Origin: an uncultured Methanoregulaceae archaeon
GTDB lineage: Archaea > Halobacteriota > Methanomicrobia > Methanomicrobiales > Methanospirillaceae
Reading direction: 5' to 3'
Length of the DNA: 64,000 nt
Assembly: GCA_963717525.1 (NCBI GenBank)
Contig: OY970343.1
Span: forward strand, 1,056,001 to 1,120,000
Within the stretch, counting starts at the first letter, position 1. Each line of letters opens with the position of its first letter. Below, piece after piece: positions 46,724 through 57,047 of the stretch. Below the pieces are notes generated by a model. That model was not told the origin of the DNA. It ran no database searches and saw only the letters and a program-made list of their open reading frames with translations. The translations under genes and the position numbers were made by a program.

Positions 46724-47422
46724 TCATTTCTTCACGGGGAACAAACGTTCGTTTTCATTTCTCTGCTCATACTCTAACCGTTCCCGCTCTTTAAGCAATT
46801 CACCACCACGCTCGGTCTGCCAACCCCGCATCATATCGAAAAATACGCACACTTCGAAAAACCTGTCGTAATAGAAAAACGGCAATGCTATTCTCTTTCC
46901 GTTTGCATCGACAGGTCGGGTTGCCGGGGGCCAGATCAGACGTGCCATGAGATATTGGAACCATCTTTCTACTATCGTATCGATTTCGTTATTGACAAGA
47001 GCCAGTTCAAAGTAACTGGGTGATGCCCCCAAATAGCGTTTCAGTTTACCCTTATCGCCCTTTGAAAAGTGAGGGGGGAATCGTTCATTCACCAGGGCGT
47101 CGAGAACCCAGTCAGTACGATACAAATTCTCTCTGAGTTCCCTGTAATTGGTATAAATCTCTAGAATAGCGGCAGTGTTCTTTCTTATGAGGTATACCGA
47201 TTTAGGCCCGCCAACCGATTCCTTCAATTTTTCTTCCTTGATATCGATAACTTCCTCAGTGCGGAGTTCCTCCAATGGCTTTGTCAAAGCAGCGTACGAG
47301 TTTTTGTATTTTTTATTGACCTCTGTAAATTCAATCAGATACTGTGTCGTTGCTTCTCTCCGGGCAATCAAGCATTCCAGTATCTTTAATTTAAGTTCAC
47401 GATCCGCCACTTTTCTCGCCAT
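46724..47422 (-). CDS. winged-helix DNA-binding protein
   Basis: LKILECLI...YAALTKPLEELRTEEVI...GGPKSVYLI; convergent with the integrase. Confidence 0.65.
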   Translation of the reverse strand: MARKVADRELKLKILECLIARREATTQYLIEFTEVNKKYKNSYAALTKPLEELRTEEVIDIKEEKLKESVGGPKSVYLIRKNTAAILEIYTNYRELRENLYRTDWVLDALVNERFPPHFSKGDKGKLKRYLGASPSYFELALVNNEIDTIVERWFQYLMARLIWPPATRPVDANGKRIALPFFYYDRFFEVCVFFDMMRGWQTERGGELLKERERLEYEQRNENERLFPVKK

Positions 47423-47591
47423 ATATTCCCTCAACCACAATAACTCGCGTAGATATTTCTATTTTACGAGTAATCTGTTGTGTCAATTCTGTGGACATAA
47501 TCGCAGTACAAGTTTAATTGTCCTTCTCTTGACCAGAGTCTCTTCCGGAGAGTGAGCGAACATTTCGCGGACTCCAGAAAAAAAGTGAATT

Positions 47592-48023
47592 TTAGCGGCG
47601 ACCCGCATCTTTCCGGTCAGATGCCCGGAATCGACGGGGCTGCACCGCCGGCGATCCATCCTTGGAACTTTGGATCATAGTAGTATCAGCCGTCTTCCCG
47701 GGAATGACCGAATCAGGATTGCCGGGTGATGTTCCGCGTAACTCGGCAATCGCCTGATCGAGAACCGTTCGTTGCCGCTCCAATATCTGAATAACCGATT
47801 CTGGATCTTTATCCACTCGGGGGTCCGTAGTTGGGAACCCCGTCGCCACAGCGGGTTCCTGCTGACTGTTCGCAGAGTCAGAGTTATCCGGCCCAGCAGT
47901 ATCATCCATTGTTCCGGCTTTATCTACAAACTCGAAAACATGCCCATCGGGACTCTTTCCCTGATATTGCAGGAGGACGAGATCTCCCGTTCGTAAATCT
48001 AATGTTTCATCATCATTTGACAT
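47592..48023 (-). CDS. hypothetical protein
   Basis: GGAGG ribosome-binding site upstream of the ATG at 48023; coiled segment LERQRTVLDQAIAEL. Confidence 0.55.
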   Translation of the reverse strand: MSNDDETLDLRTGDLVLLQYQGKSPDGHVFEFVDKAGTMDDTAGPDNSDSANSQQEPAVATGFPTTDPRVDKDPESVIQILERQRTVLDQAIAELRGTSPGNPDSVIPGKTADTTMIQSSKDGSPAVQPRRFRASDRKDAGRR

Positions 48024-49278
48024 CGTTATCCCTCCATGGTTACTGTTGTGACAGACTCCTGAAGTCAGTCGATCCAGCACGGCGAGCGCCAGCGATACCG
48101 TCACCAGCGACCCGTTGCCGACCCAATATAACAACTCATGTTTGTCCATGCGTTTTCCCTCATGCCACCCCAAACAACCAAGGGGCATTCAGATCTATGC
48201 GAAGAACCTTAAAATAACTAATTTCTAGCCCCTTTTTCATGATTAGAGCTATTTAATCGAGTATTTTCTCGCAAGCTTAACTCAATCTTGCGAGCAAAAC
48301 CGGAAATTTCTCGCAGAAGTGCCATAGAATTACGATAAATCGGATGTGTTTCCTCGTACATGAGGGGTGTTTTCAGAAAAATTCCGAGCCTACCCCCGTA
48401 TAATTGAACAATGCGGTTCTGAGGAAATATTGACGGGTTCGGACTTTTTTACGAGAGGAAATCAAATATCTGCTGTAGACGCCTCAGAATCACCAACGTG
48501 GATTGACTTAAAAACAGCGAGAGATCCTTACCAATTTTGGCAGGAATCTCTCGCATTTCTGGCGTTTATTACTATTTATAGGTCCATCGGGATCAAATTC
48601 CAACGGTTTTTTGTAAGGTTTTGTCACTAAAAATGGATGATTATTTTGAGGTGTTTTTTGTTTTGAGAAAAAACAACAGATTTACGTCGTAAAAGATACA
48701 TCGCATTTTACCGTAGTGTTCCGTTGTGTTGGAACCAAAGAAACTCCCTAGTATTCATCGATCAATTCCTTCTGAAGAGACTTGGATCCAGACCTCAGAG
48801 GAGAGCGCGGATGTCTGGTGTATTCTGATAAGTTGGCGGTTGATAGGAGGTTTTTCCGAAGAAAAATTAAAGATCAACCATGAACCTATCAGCATCTGCG
48901 GCCATGTCGCTCCGCAATCCTTGCCTCGGTATGTTTGGCATAGTTTCCACAGGTTGGCACTACGTGGTGGTGCCCCAAAGAGGAAATCCCCAATGTATTT
49001 TTTATTTCCTATTAAAGGAACGATATAAATCCAAAATTTTGGAAAATTTTATACCAGTAAAATCGCCGGAAAAATCAGAACCGGGACACGGATCTAGGCG
49101 ATAGATCTTGTTGCGTTAACGGGACTTAACAAAATTAATATCGTCGTGACCTATCAATGTTGACTATTAAAAGTCCCGACAACGAACCAGAACCCTGATA
49201 ACAATAGAATAAAAATGCTCCCCACTTATTACTATATACTAATGTCCGGAGAGGTAACCCCGGGCAGAGTTTGATACC

Positions 49279-51340
49279 ATGTGGACGCCTGATTTGAGAA
49301 CTCTTTTTCTTGTCCTCTTTCTCGTCAACGTCTTTCTCACACTGATGCTCTTTTCTTTCTGGAAGACCCAGAAGACCCACCGCGGGTTCAAGACATGGAT
49401 GCTCGCCCTGCTGGTCACATCATGCGGGTATTTCCTGTACATGCTCGGCGGATCCGTGCCCGTTCTGCTTTCCTCAACTGTAGGAAATCTTTTGATCCCG
49501 CTCTCGATTATGATGCGGCTAGACAGTACCAGGAAATATTTCCTGTCAAAGGCGCTCTCCCCGATCATCTACAGCGCCCTTATTCCGTCTGCTATTCTGT
49601 TTCTCTATTTTACTTTCAGTTTCGATTCGGTTGTCATTCGTGGCGTGATCATTGGGCTGCTCATCGTTCCCAGCCTCCTTGCGGCCTCCCTCATTGCGAT
49701 TCGATTCCGGGAACTGGAAACCTGGTCGCTCAGGTATGGATTTGCCGCTGCCCTTTTTATCACGGCACTCTTCTGGACTGCAATCATCATTAGAGCGATT
49801 ATCACCCCCGGGGATCACTCGCTTTCAGGCCCGGATCCCATAAATCCCATCTTTTTTACCGTCACTATCCTCATGGATATCGTCGCCACGGTCTTCTTCC
49901 TGTTGCTCAATATGGCCCGGTCCCAGACCGAGCTCCGGCAAAGCGAGGAGCAGTACCCGGAACCTTGCAGACAACCTCCCTGATTATATTATCGTCCACG
50001 ATGGAGAGTTCATTCTTTATGCCAACCCGGCAGCGGCCCGGCTCATAGAACCCTCCCGGGAAACCCTTGTTGGACAATCAATCTATTCCTTCATGACCCC
50101 TGCAAGTGCGGAGGCTTCGAGGACGTTTAGCAAGACAACCCGTAACGGAGCTTCCCCGTCTCCGCTCCGCGAGCTTGATATCCAGCTCAGGGACGGCACT
50201 ATCAGGCACTGCATAGTCAATACCGTGGCAATCAATGACCGGGGTGAGCCTGCATTCCTGTCTGTGATCACCGATATCACCGAACGCAAACAAGCTGAAG
50301 ATGCATTGAGGGAGAGTGAAGAGAAATACCGGGCTTTCTTTCTCACTTCGCGGGATTGCATTTTTATCACTACTTTGGACGGCAGATGGGTGGATTTCAA
50401 CGATGCAGCGGTTGAAATGTTTGGTTATGATAGCAGGGACGATCTGCTCAAGACCAACCTCGTCCTCATGTATGCAAATCCCCGCGACAGGGACACCCAA
50501 ATCGAGTATGTTCATGAAAAAGGGTATTCATTTGAATATCCAGTTGATTTAAAGAAAAAAGACGGGACAATTATCAACGCTCTCATCACCTCAGTTGCCC
50601 GTAAAGATGCATCCGGGAATACTATCGGTTTCCTGGGGTCAGTACGGGACATCACCGACCTCAAGCGGGCTGAAGACAATCTTCGCATGTTAAATAATAA
50701 ACTCAAATTGCTCTCCGGGATTACCCGTCATGATATGAAAAACCAGCTGGTGGCATTAAATGCCTATATCGATCTTTGCATGAATGCAATTGATAACCCG
50801 GCTGAGCTTAAGGAGTTTATTACAAAGGAACTGAAAATCGCCGAGGTTCTCGCAGAACAGATCGATTTCACTGAGGATTATGAAGATATTGGTGCGAAAT
50901 CCTCCGTCTGGCAGAATGTAAGTGCACTTGTGAAAAGAGCAGGAGCTGCTCTCCCCTTGGGGGATATAAGACTTGAAGTCACATGCTGCGCCAGTCTTGA
51001 GGTGTATGCCGATCCCCTGCTCGAAAAAGTATTTTATAACCTATTCGACAACTCGCTGCACTACGGAGGTGAGAACATCACTTCCATTCGTGTCACGGCA
51101 CATGAAACCGATGGCAATCTCCACATCATTTTTGAAGACAATGGGAGCGGTATTAGCGCTGAGGATAAAAAGGATTTATTCACCAAAGGTTTTGGTAAAC
51201 ATACCGGTCTCGGTCTCTTCCTCTCCCGCGAGATACTCTCGATTACCGGCATTTCTATCAGCGAGACCGGTGTACGGGGCAAGGGTGCACGGTTTGAGAT
51301 CGCGGTACCGGAAGGAGCTTTCCGGTTCACTGATCAATAA
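49279..51340 (+). CDS. multi-TM PAS/PAC sensor histidine kinase (apparent frameshift near 49960)
   Basis: About 7 TM segments, PAS repeats, ITRHDMKN phospho-His, NLFDN, EDNGSG, GLGL. Confidence 0.85.
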
Positions 51341-51554
51341 TCAAAAAACAGGCTCTGTAGGGTGCTGTGGGGTTGGCGATTGGTGACTGAAATTTCACCT
51401 CGTTAAATTTTCAAATCAGTCGCCATCGCAACAATATATCTACTGAGATTTTTTTTACAGAGTCGAAAATATTGTTTTTCTCTTATGCAATAATGGAAAA
51501 TTAACCATCATTTTTAGCGACTGTTTTATGAGAAGAAACATACTATGACTCTTC

Positions 51555-52253
51555 GTGGTGAATGAAATGGACTATGGAACCATGATCGGGAATTCTTTTA
51601 CTTATGTAAAAGAGGGTATAATCGACAAAGTGAACACGTGGCTGCTCTTGATTATCGCCACACTTATTCTGGCAATACCCCTGATGGGGTATATCATGAG
51701 CGTATACCGGGGAACCAAACCTGCACCCGAAGTGGATGGCTGGAGTAAGTTATTTGTTGATGGAATTCTCCTGTTGATTGTCGGATTTATCTATGCGATC
51801 CCCATTTTGATATTAGAATTCCTTGTGATCGGTGCAACGTTTGTAACCCAAATGGGGAGTAACCCAACCGCAGCAATGACAGGTCTTGCCGGTGCCGGGA
51901 TCCTTGCAGTTATCCTGATCATAGTCGCAATCATCATTGCCATTGTCGCGCCCATCGGAATGATCCGCTTTGCACGAACCGGGAACTTCGGCGATGCTTT
52001 TAATTTTGGTGAAATTTTTGCCACCATAAAAAAGATCGGATGGCTCTCGTATATCCTTGCACTCATTATCGTTACCATCGTAGTCGGTATCCCGGTTCTC
52101 ATTCTCTGGGCCATCCTTACGGCACTGATCATTGCCCTGCCAATAGTTGGACTTGTTATTGCAGGGATAATCCTCCTCATAGTCCTCCCGATCATTGAGG
52201 TCTTCGAGGCACGGTTTCTTACTCAGGTTTACGAGACTGCCGGAACCGTATAA
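51555..52253 (+). CDS. DUF4013 family membrane protein
   Basis: GYIMSVYRG..PAPE..W..LFVDG, FARTG.FGDAFNF. Confidence 0.85.
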   Translation: MVNEMDYGTMIGNSFTYVKEGIIDKVNTWLLLIIATLILAIPLMGYIMSVYRGTKPAPEVDGWSKLFVDGILLLIVGFIYAIPILILEFLVIGATFVTQMGSNPTAAMTGLAGAGILAVILIIVAIIIAIVAPIGMIRFARTGNFGDAFNFGEIFATIKKIGWLSYILALIIVTIVVGIPVLILWAILTALIIALPIVGLVIAGIILLIVLPIIEVFEARFLTQVYETAGTV

Positions 52254-52341
52254 CTTTTTTTAGATTATTCAAGATAGGTTCTTCGAGGAAATCAAATGCC
52301 GTACTAAAAAAGTTGGGGTATTCTAAAATTTCAACCGTTTT

Positions 52342-52674
52342 TCAGTTGGACTTTTCAGATTCTAGAGTTACAATTTTCTTTGGTCTTCCACGTTTGCGTT
52401 TAGGACCATCGGCGGGTTTAGTTTCGTCCGTTTTGACCTTGCGGGGTCTCCCTCGCGGCCTCTTCTCTTTTTGTACGATTTTTTCATCGGGTTCAACCTT
52501 GCGCGGTCTTCCTCTTTTTCGTTTCTCACCCATGGTAGGAGTGGATTTTATTGGTTTTTCATCAGGAATAACTTTAATTTTTCCATCGGAGACGAATTTT
52601 AACAAAACTTTCTCAATCTCGTCGCCAATGGCACGATTTAATTTTGAAAAATCGCGTGGGGATATTTGATACAT
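52342..52674 (-). CDS. small basic protein with three AT-hook motifs
   Basis: KRKRGRPRK, KRPRGRPRK, KRKRGRPKK. Confidence 0.75.
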   Translation of the reverse strand: MYQISPRDFSKLNRAIGDEIEKVLLKFVSDGKIKVIPDEKPIKSTPTMGEKRKRGRPRKVEPDEKIVQKEKRPRGRPRKVKTDETKPADGPKRKRGRPKKIVTLESEKSN

Positions 52675-52790
52675 GGTTTGAAAAAGGATTTCTGAATATA
52701 AATGATTTCTCTTAATATTCCCCTTGCCTTGCGAAATCTAGAACAGTTTTATTAATTTAGTAGGTGGTAGAGATTACCTTTAGATGAATT

Positions 52791-52979
52791 ATGGCCCAAG
52801 AGTTTATCGGCAGGATTTTGTGTAAATTAGGATTTCACAAATGGGGAAAAAAGTACGGTCATGATATGTCTATGTCTAATGTCATTGACTGGACACAAAG
52901 ATGTGTACGTTGTGGGAAATCGAAAACATGGGTTGAAGCAAAACCAAAAAATTATGGGCATAGGAGATCTCGGGATTAA
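52791..52979 (+). CDS. small Cys/His protein (DUF1660-like)
   Basis: ILCKLGFHKW...RCVRCGK. Confidence 0.65.
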   Translation: MAQEFIGRILCKLGFHKWGKKYGHDMSMSNVIDWTQRCVRCGKSKTWVEAKPKNYGHRRSRD

Positions 52980-53092
52980 TTATTAATTTGGTTTTGTCAA
53001 GTTGCCACGAGGTGACAAATCTACTCCAGAAATGGATAAAATCATATATCCCAAAGAATGAGATAACGGTTTTGAGATACGATTATTAATCC

Positions 53093-53671
53093 ATGAAACA
53101 AAAAAGGTCCATTATGGGTATTTTCAATAGGCTTTACAATCATTTTTTCAAAAAGAAAGAAAATCCCAATTTTAATTTAAAAGAACTAAAAAGTAATATC
53201 AAGAAATACAATGAAGAAATCCCCGAAACAAAATACAAAAAGAGTGTTGAAGAAACTACCGAATTATACCGAGAAGTTGAATGGAAACCTGATTGTCTGA
53301 TAAAACCTAAATCCAAAGCTAAAGGGGAATCCATAAAATCTCAAAAATTCGGTTCTAAGGGCAATTTGAGTGGATTAAAAGAAGATAATATTAGAGAATA
53401 CCGTGAAATACAATTCGAAGAAACTAAAAAAATAATTGAAGATGAAATAAGACAATTACAACTGATAATTCCCTCGTATGCAGTAAACCCCAATATCCCG
53501 ATTTATTTAAAGCGTCAAGAATATTGGAATAAAGAATGTTGTGCATCATGTTTGTCATGTTCTGATGATGATGGTAGACCACTCCGTTGTGTAAAACACA
53601 ATGTTAAAAATCATAAAAATGGATGTTGTGACGGTTATAGATATTATAACATACAAATACCCGGCAAATAA
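53093..53671 (+). CDS. hypothetical protein with C-terminal Cys cluster
   Basis: CCASCLSC...RCVKH...CCDGY. Confidence 0.65.
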   Translation: MKQKRSIMGIFNRLYNHFFKKKENPNFNLKELKSNIKKYNEEIPETKYKKSVEETTELYREVEWKPDCLIKPKSKAKGESIKSQKFGSKGNLSGLKEDNIREYREIQFEETKKIIEDEIRQLQLIIPSYAVNPNIPIYLKRQEYWNKECCASCLSCSDDDGRPLRCVKHNVKNHKNGCCDGYRYYNIQIPGK

Positions 53672-53716
53672 CGATAATATGAGCATCCTTGATAAAATTT
53701 TTAGAAGAAAGAAGCT

Positions 53717-53812
53717 TTGTATCTGTCCATAGTCCGGGTACATCCACGCAACAGGTTCGAACTTGCCATCCACTCTTTTGTAAAGTCGCTGTATCTTATA
53801 CGCACGATTGTA
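53717..53812 (-). pseudogene. decayed near-full-length copy of the zinc-ribbon micro-gene
   Basis: YNRAYKIQRLYKRVDGKFEPVAWMYPDYGQIQ vs intact TDRTVKMQRLYKR...KFVGCAWMCPDCGQVQ; both Cys changed to Tyr; no start codon. Confidence 0.75.
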
Positions 53813-53870
53813 TTTTTAGGATATGAAGGGTCAGAACAGATTATGCGGGATCGGCAATCTGGATCATTTA

Positions 53871-55652
53871 TTAATTGCTAGTTTTCAATCCATATTTCTG
53901 GACTAATGATAACCAGGCATAATAATAATTTTGATCAAGTATCCCGCCAGAACCTTGGGATATTAATTCGAGCTGATTGAAGGTTTTTGCGTCATTATAT
54001 TCTTCAGAGATAGAATTGAAAGAAATCCCATCAGAAATGGTGTATACATTGGGTGTTTCCGTCAGTTTCCCAACATTGACATAATTTTCTTGATCATCTG
54101 TGATGATTGTCGGGGATGTACTTTCAACAAAGGCATATCCGGTGTTATCGTATGCATAAGCGGCTGGACTTTTAATTCCAACGGCCATGTGACTTTCTGA
54201 GGGATACTCAAATAATACAACCCCATAGCCCAAACCTCTTAAAAGATAGGCAAGAAGTAACGATTTCTCTTCACACACCCCTTTATTGGCGTATAGTACT
54301 TCATATGGATAACGCGTGTTTCCAGTGTTGCCGCCATTTAATTTAGCATAATCGTATGGGATATTCTGAACCAGACTTATAGCAATCCGCGCCTGATCAT
54401 CTTGGTTTGATGTTTTCGCTTTAATGGAATTTACCAGGTTGTCCAGGTATTTCTCCTGATCCGGTTTATTAACATAATCCAGATAATACTGTTGAAGTTC
54501 ATTGCTTGTGCAAGGACTGGAATCTCCATTATATCGCGTGCACTGATACAATGTTGGCTCTGATGATATTTCGTTATAGACTCCAGAATACAGATTAAGA
54601 TTTATCGTGCCAGATTGCCCCCTTAAGACATAGGGGAAAGTTCTTGAAGTGAGTCCCGTTTCATAATTTTCTGTAGTAGGAATCGGGAGAGGAAAATTAA
54701 TTGAACTAGTCTGTGTTGTCTGAAGGGTTGAATACCCGGATCCGTCTAATGTAGAACTTGGTGAGGCATATTGCGTATTTGAACCGTGATTTGTGGTTGA
54801 TTGTAAAGCACTATTCAAATTATTGGCGAACATCGCAACTCCCCCATAATTAACTAACAAAAGTGAAACAACGATCACACCAATGAACGAGTAAGAGGGG
54901 TTGGGGCAGAAATACTGGTATGTCCGTCTGGTTCTTTTGAGTACATGTCTCTCGATTCCCCGTTTCACTTTATTGCATATGTACAACGGAATCGCGGAAA
55001 TGATTGCAAAGATAACAATTAAAATGAGGGAATATAGGATGAGCGTTAATGGCGTGTAATTTGACATTTTTGATATTGCCAAGGAGTACGCAAGCAAGGG
55101 GATCGCAAGCATAAAAACGGCACAAAGCTTACTCCCCGTTCCCCAGCATTTTAAGGTATAAGTAAAATAAGCGAGGAAGAATAAGAAAACGCCGATTTCA
55201 AAAACCGGTTGGTAGACTCCTTTTTGATAATCGTTCATTAAGTAATAAGCGGAAAAAAATCCAATCAGCATGAGCAAAATAGATAGTATAGTGAAATTTT
55301 TCAATGTTAGACGATCCCGGATTTTTTCGAATAGCGGTTCAAAGGAGATTTTTTTCTTTGGAGGTTTGAAAGGATTGGGATCGGAGGGATTCCCTTTACA
55401 TCCATGATTCTCCGGCAATCCACAAAAATCACAAAAGATCAAACCGCAATGGATGCATATGAATGGGCGTCCGACTATTTCACGTCCGCAATTCCTGCAA
55501 TATCTTTTTTGGGGGGTAGGTTCGTGTCGCTGATGCCCAGAACAGTGATGGTTTTCGAAAGGGATGTGATTTCGACAGAAACTCTGTCCGCATCGGTGGC
55601 ATGTTAACGGGGTTTCATAAAGTATTTTCCCGCAATAGTGACATCGGTGCAT
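53871..55652 (-). CDS. tandem AN1-type Zn fingers, multi-TM region and transglutaminase-like domain
   Basis: CxxC..CxxC...C..H..PENHxC twice; GVCEEKS / HMAVG / FVES putative triad. Confidence 0.8.
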   Translation of the reverse strand: MHRCHYCGKILYETPLTCHRCGQSFCRNHIPFENHHCSGHQRHEPTPQKRYCRNCGREIVGRPFICIHCGLIFCDFCGLPENHGCKGNPSDPNPFKPPKKKISFEPLFEKIRDRLTLKNFTILSILLMLIGFFSAYYLMNDYQKGVYQPVFEIGVFLFFLAYFTYTLKCWGTGSKLCAVFMLAIPLLAYSLAISKMSNYTPLTLILYSLILIVIFAIISAIPLYICNKVKRGIERHVLKRTRRTYQYFCPNPSYSFIGVIVVSLLLVNYGGVAMFANNLNSALQSTTNHGSNTQYASPSSTLDGSGYSTLQTTQTSSINFPLPIPTTENYETGLTSRTFPYVLRGQSGTINLNLYSGVYNEISSEPTLYQCTRYNGDSSPCTSNELQQYYLDYVNKPDQEKYLDNLVNSIKAKTSNQDDQARIAISLVQNIPYDYAKLNGGNTGNTRYPYEVLYANKGVCEEKSLLLAYLLRGLGYGVVLFEYPSESHMAVGIKSPAAYAYDNTGYAFVESTSPTIITDDQENYVNVGKLTETPNVYTISDGISFNSISEEYNDAKTFNQLELISQGSGGILDQNYYYAWLSLVQKYGLKTSN

Positions 55653-55827
55653 TATTCTTGAATCGTGAGTTTGTGACGAAATAGATTACTATGGGTAGCA
55701 CAAATCTTACAAAAAAGATCAATAATTTCGTTGATTTACAATATAAAAAAATATTATGGATCATTACTTAATGTTAGAAAAAAACAAGCAAATAATAATA
55801 AATATCGTATTGGGAGGTAGTAACAGC

Positions 55828-56076
55828 ATGGAAGATATACCGATGAACCCAGAATGTGCAAAATGTCCATTGTCCGGAAAACACAATCCGTGTACTAGGA
55901 TATTTCAAAGATGGAACTGGACTCACGATGTAAGGAGACCCGAATTTGTAGCATTGATTGTTGATATGATTCACAATCATCCAGAAGCAGAATGTATAAA
56001 ATTGAATCCAGATATTTGTGAAATTGAAAATAAACGAGACAAAGGAATAAGAATTAAACCCGTGAAGGAAATGTGA
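55828..56076 (+). CDS. small Cys-containing hypothetical protein
   Basis: GGAGG upstream; CAKCP...C. Confidence 0.55.
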   Translation: MEDIPMNPECAKCPLSGKHNPCTRIFQRWNWTHDVRRPEFVALIVDMIHNHPEAECIKLNPDICEIENKRDKGIRIKPVKEM

Positions 56077-56133
56077 GATACATATCCAAAAGACCGATAC
56101 GTAGGAAGTTGTGTAAGATCATGCTGCCGGATT

Positions 56134-56172
56134 CGGATTTGCCCGAACTGCGGATAGATACAACGTGGTTGA
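56134..56172 (+). repeat. decayed 3' end of the zinc-ribbon micro-gene
   Basis: cgg att tgc ccg aac tgc gga tag ata caa cgt ggt tga = RICPNCG*IQRG*. Confidence 0.7.
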
Positions 56173-56235
56173 ATATAGTAACTAATCTGTGATTGAATAA
56201 CTGTCGTAAAAATAATTTTCCTTGATCACCTCCAC

Positions 56236-56898
56236 TCAATTAATTTTTGTCATGTTCAACATAGTTGGTTGAGTCAAGCGAACTTCGTTATTATCGTAGA
56301 TGACCGTGTAAATATGATTTTCTCGATTTACTTGATAGGTAATTCCATCATTTCCCGATTCCAGTCTTTTCCAAATTCCGTTTCTCATATAAACACCATT
56401 ACTGATTTTCCAAGCACTCCGTAGACTATCATTACTACAAGTGATGTTATTTTGGAAAAATAAAAGGACGCCATCATCTCTAAAAGTCCATTTTATATCT
56501 GGTGAAATATCGAGAGGGACCACTTTATAATCATATTCTGAACTTCCTATTGATGAGAAATAATCCAACCTTTCCACATCATTTGAATTGAATTGACTTA
56601 AGTCAAAAACATAAGTCCCAATTATTGAATCATTTTGCAGTGTTTCATTTCCTATTGGGGGAACTGTTGGTGAAGGGGGGAGGGGTGTACATCCAGTTTC
56701 AGTTAAAACGCATCCTCCCTGTGTAGTCGGTTGAACGGCAGTTGGCGTTATTTGTGTCGGAGTCATAACCCCGGGAGATTGAGTTGGAACAATTGTGGCT
56801 TGCGCGGTCGTGCTTGCTGATCCCGAGCTTGTGCATCCACTCATGCAAATAACACCTACGAGGAGGAAGATTAAAACTATAGTATACTTCAATTTCAT
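56236..56898 (-). CDS. putative lipoprotein
   Basis: Signal peptide with MSGC lipobox, Thr/Pro-rich linker. Confidence 0.75.
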   Translation of the reverse strand: MKLKYTIVLIFLLVGVICMSGCTSSGSASTTAQATIVPTQSPGVMTPTQITPTAVQPTTQGGCVLTETGCTPLPPSPTVPPIGNETLQNDSIIGTYVFDLSQFNSNDVERLDYFSSIGSSEYDYKVVPLDISPDIKWTFRDDGVLLFFQNNITCSNDSLRSAWKISNGVYMRNGIWKRLESGNDGITYQVNRENHIYTVIYDNNEVRLTQPTMLNMTKIN

Positions 56899-56934
56899 GT
56901 CTCCGCAATTAATTCTTGAAACGATAATTATTGT

Positions 56935-56973
56935 CTATTGTATCTGACCACAGTTTGGCTCAAGCCAAGAAAC
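56935..56973 (-). repeat. decayed 3' end of the zinc-ribbon micro-gene
   Basis: Translates as VSWLEPNCGQIQ*. Confidence 0.65.
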
Positions 56974-57047
56974 AAACAGAAATGCATGACTGACATAATA
57001 ACTTTATTTAAATAAACTTATCATGCATCAAATACTAGTATCCATTC

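Noticed and set aside
48367..49104. Short ORFs between the wHTH region and the kinase
   Set aside because: No motifs or ribosome-binding sites; likely non-coding or decayed DNA.
52985..53030. Possible extra Zn-ribbon remnant (minus strand tag att tgt cac ct cgt ggc) and TTGTCA/TGACAA inverted repeat
   Set aside because: Needs an indel and several substitutions; too weak to count without an HMM.
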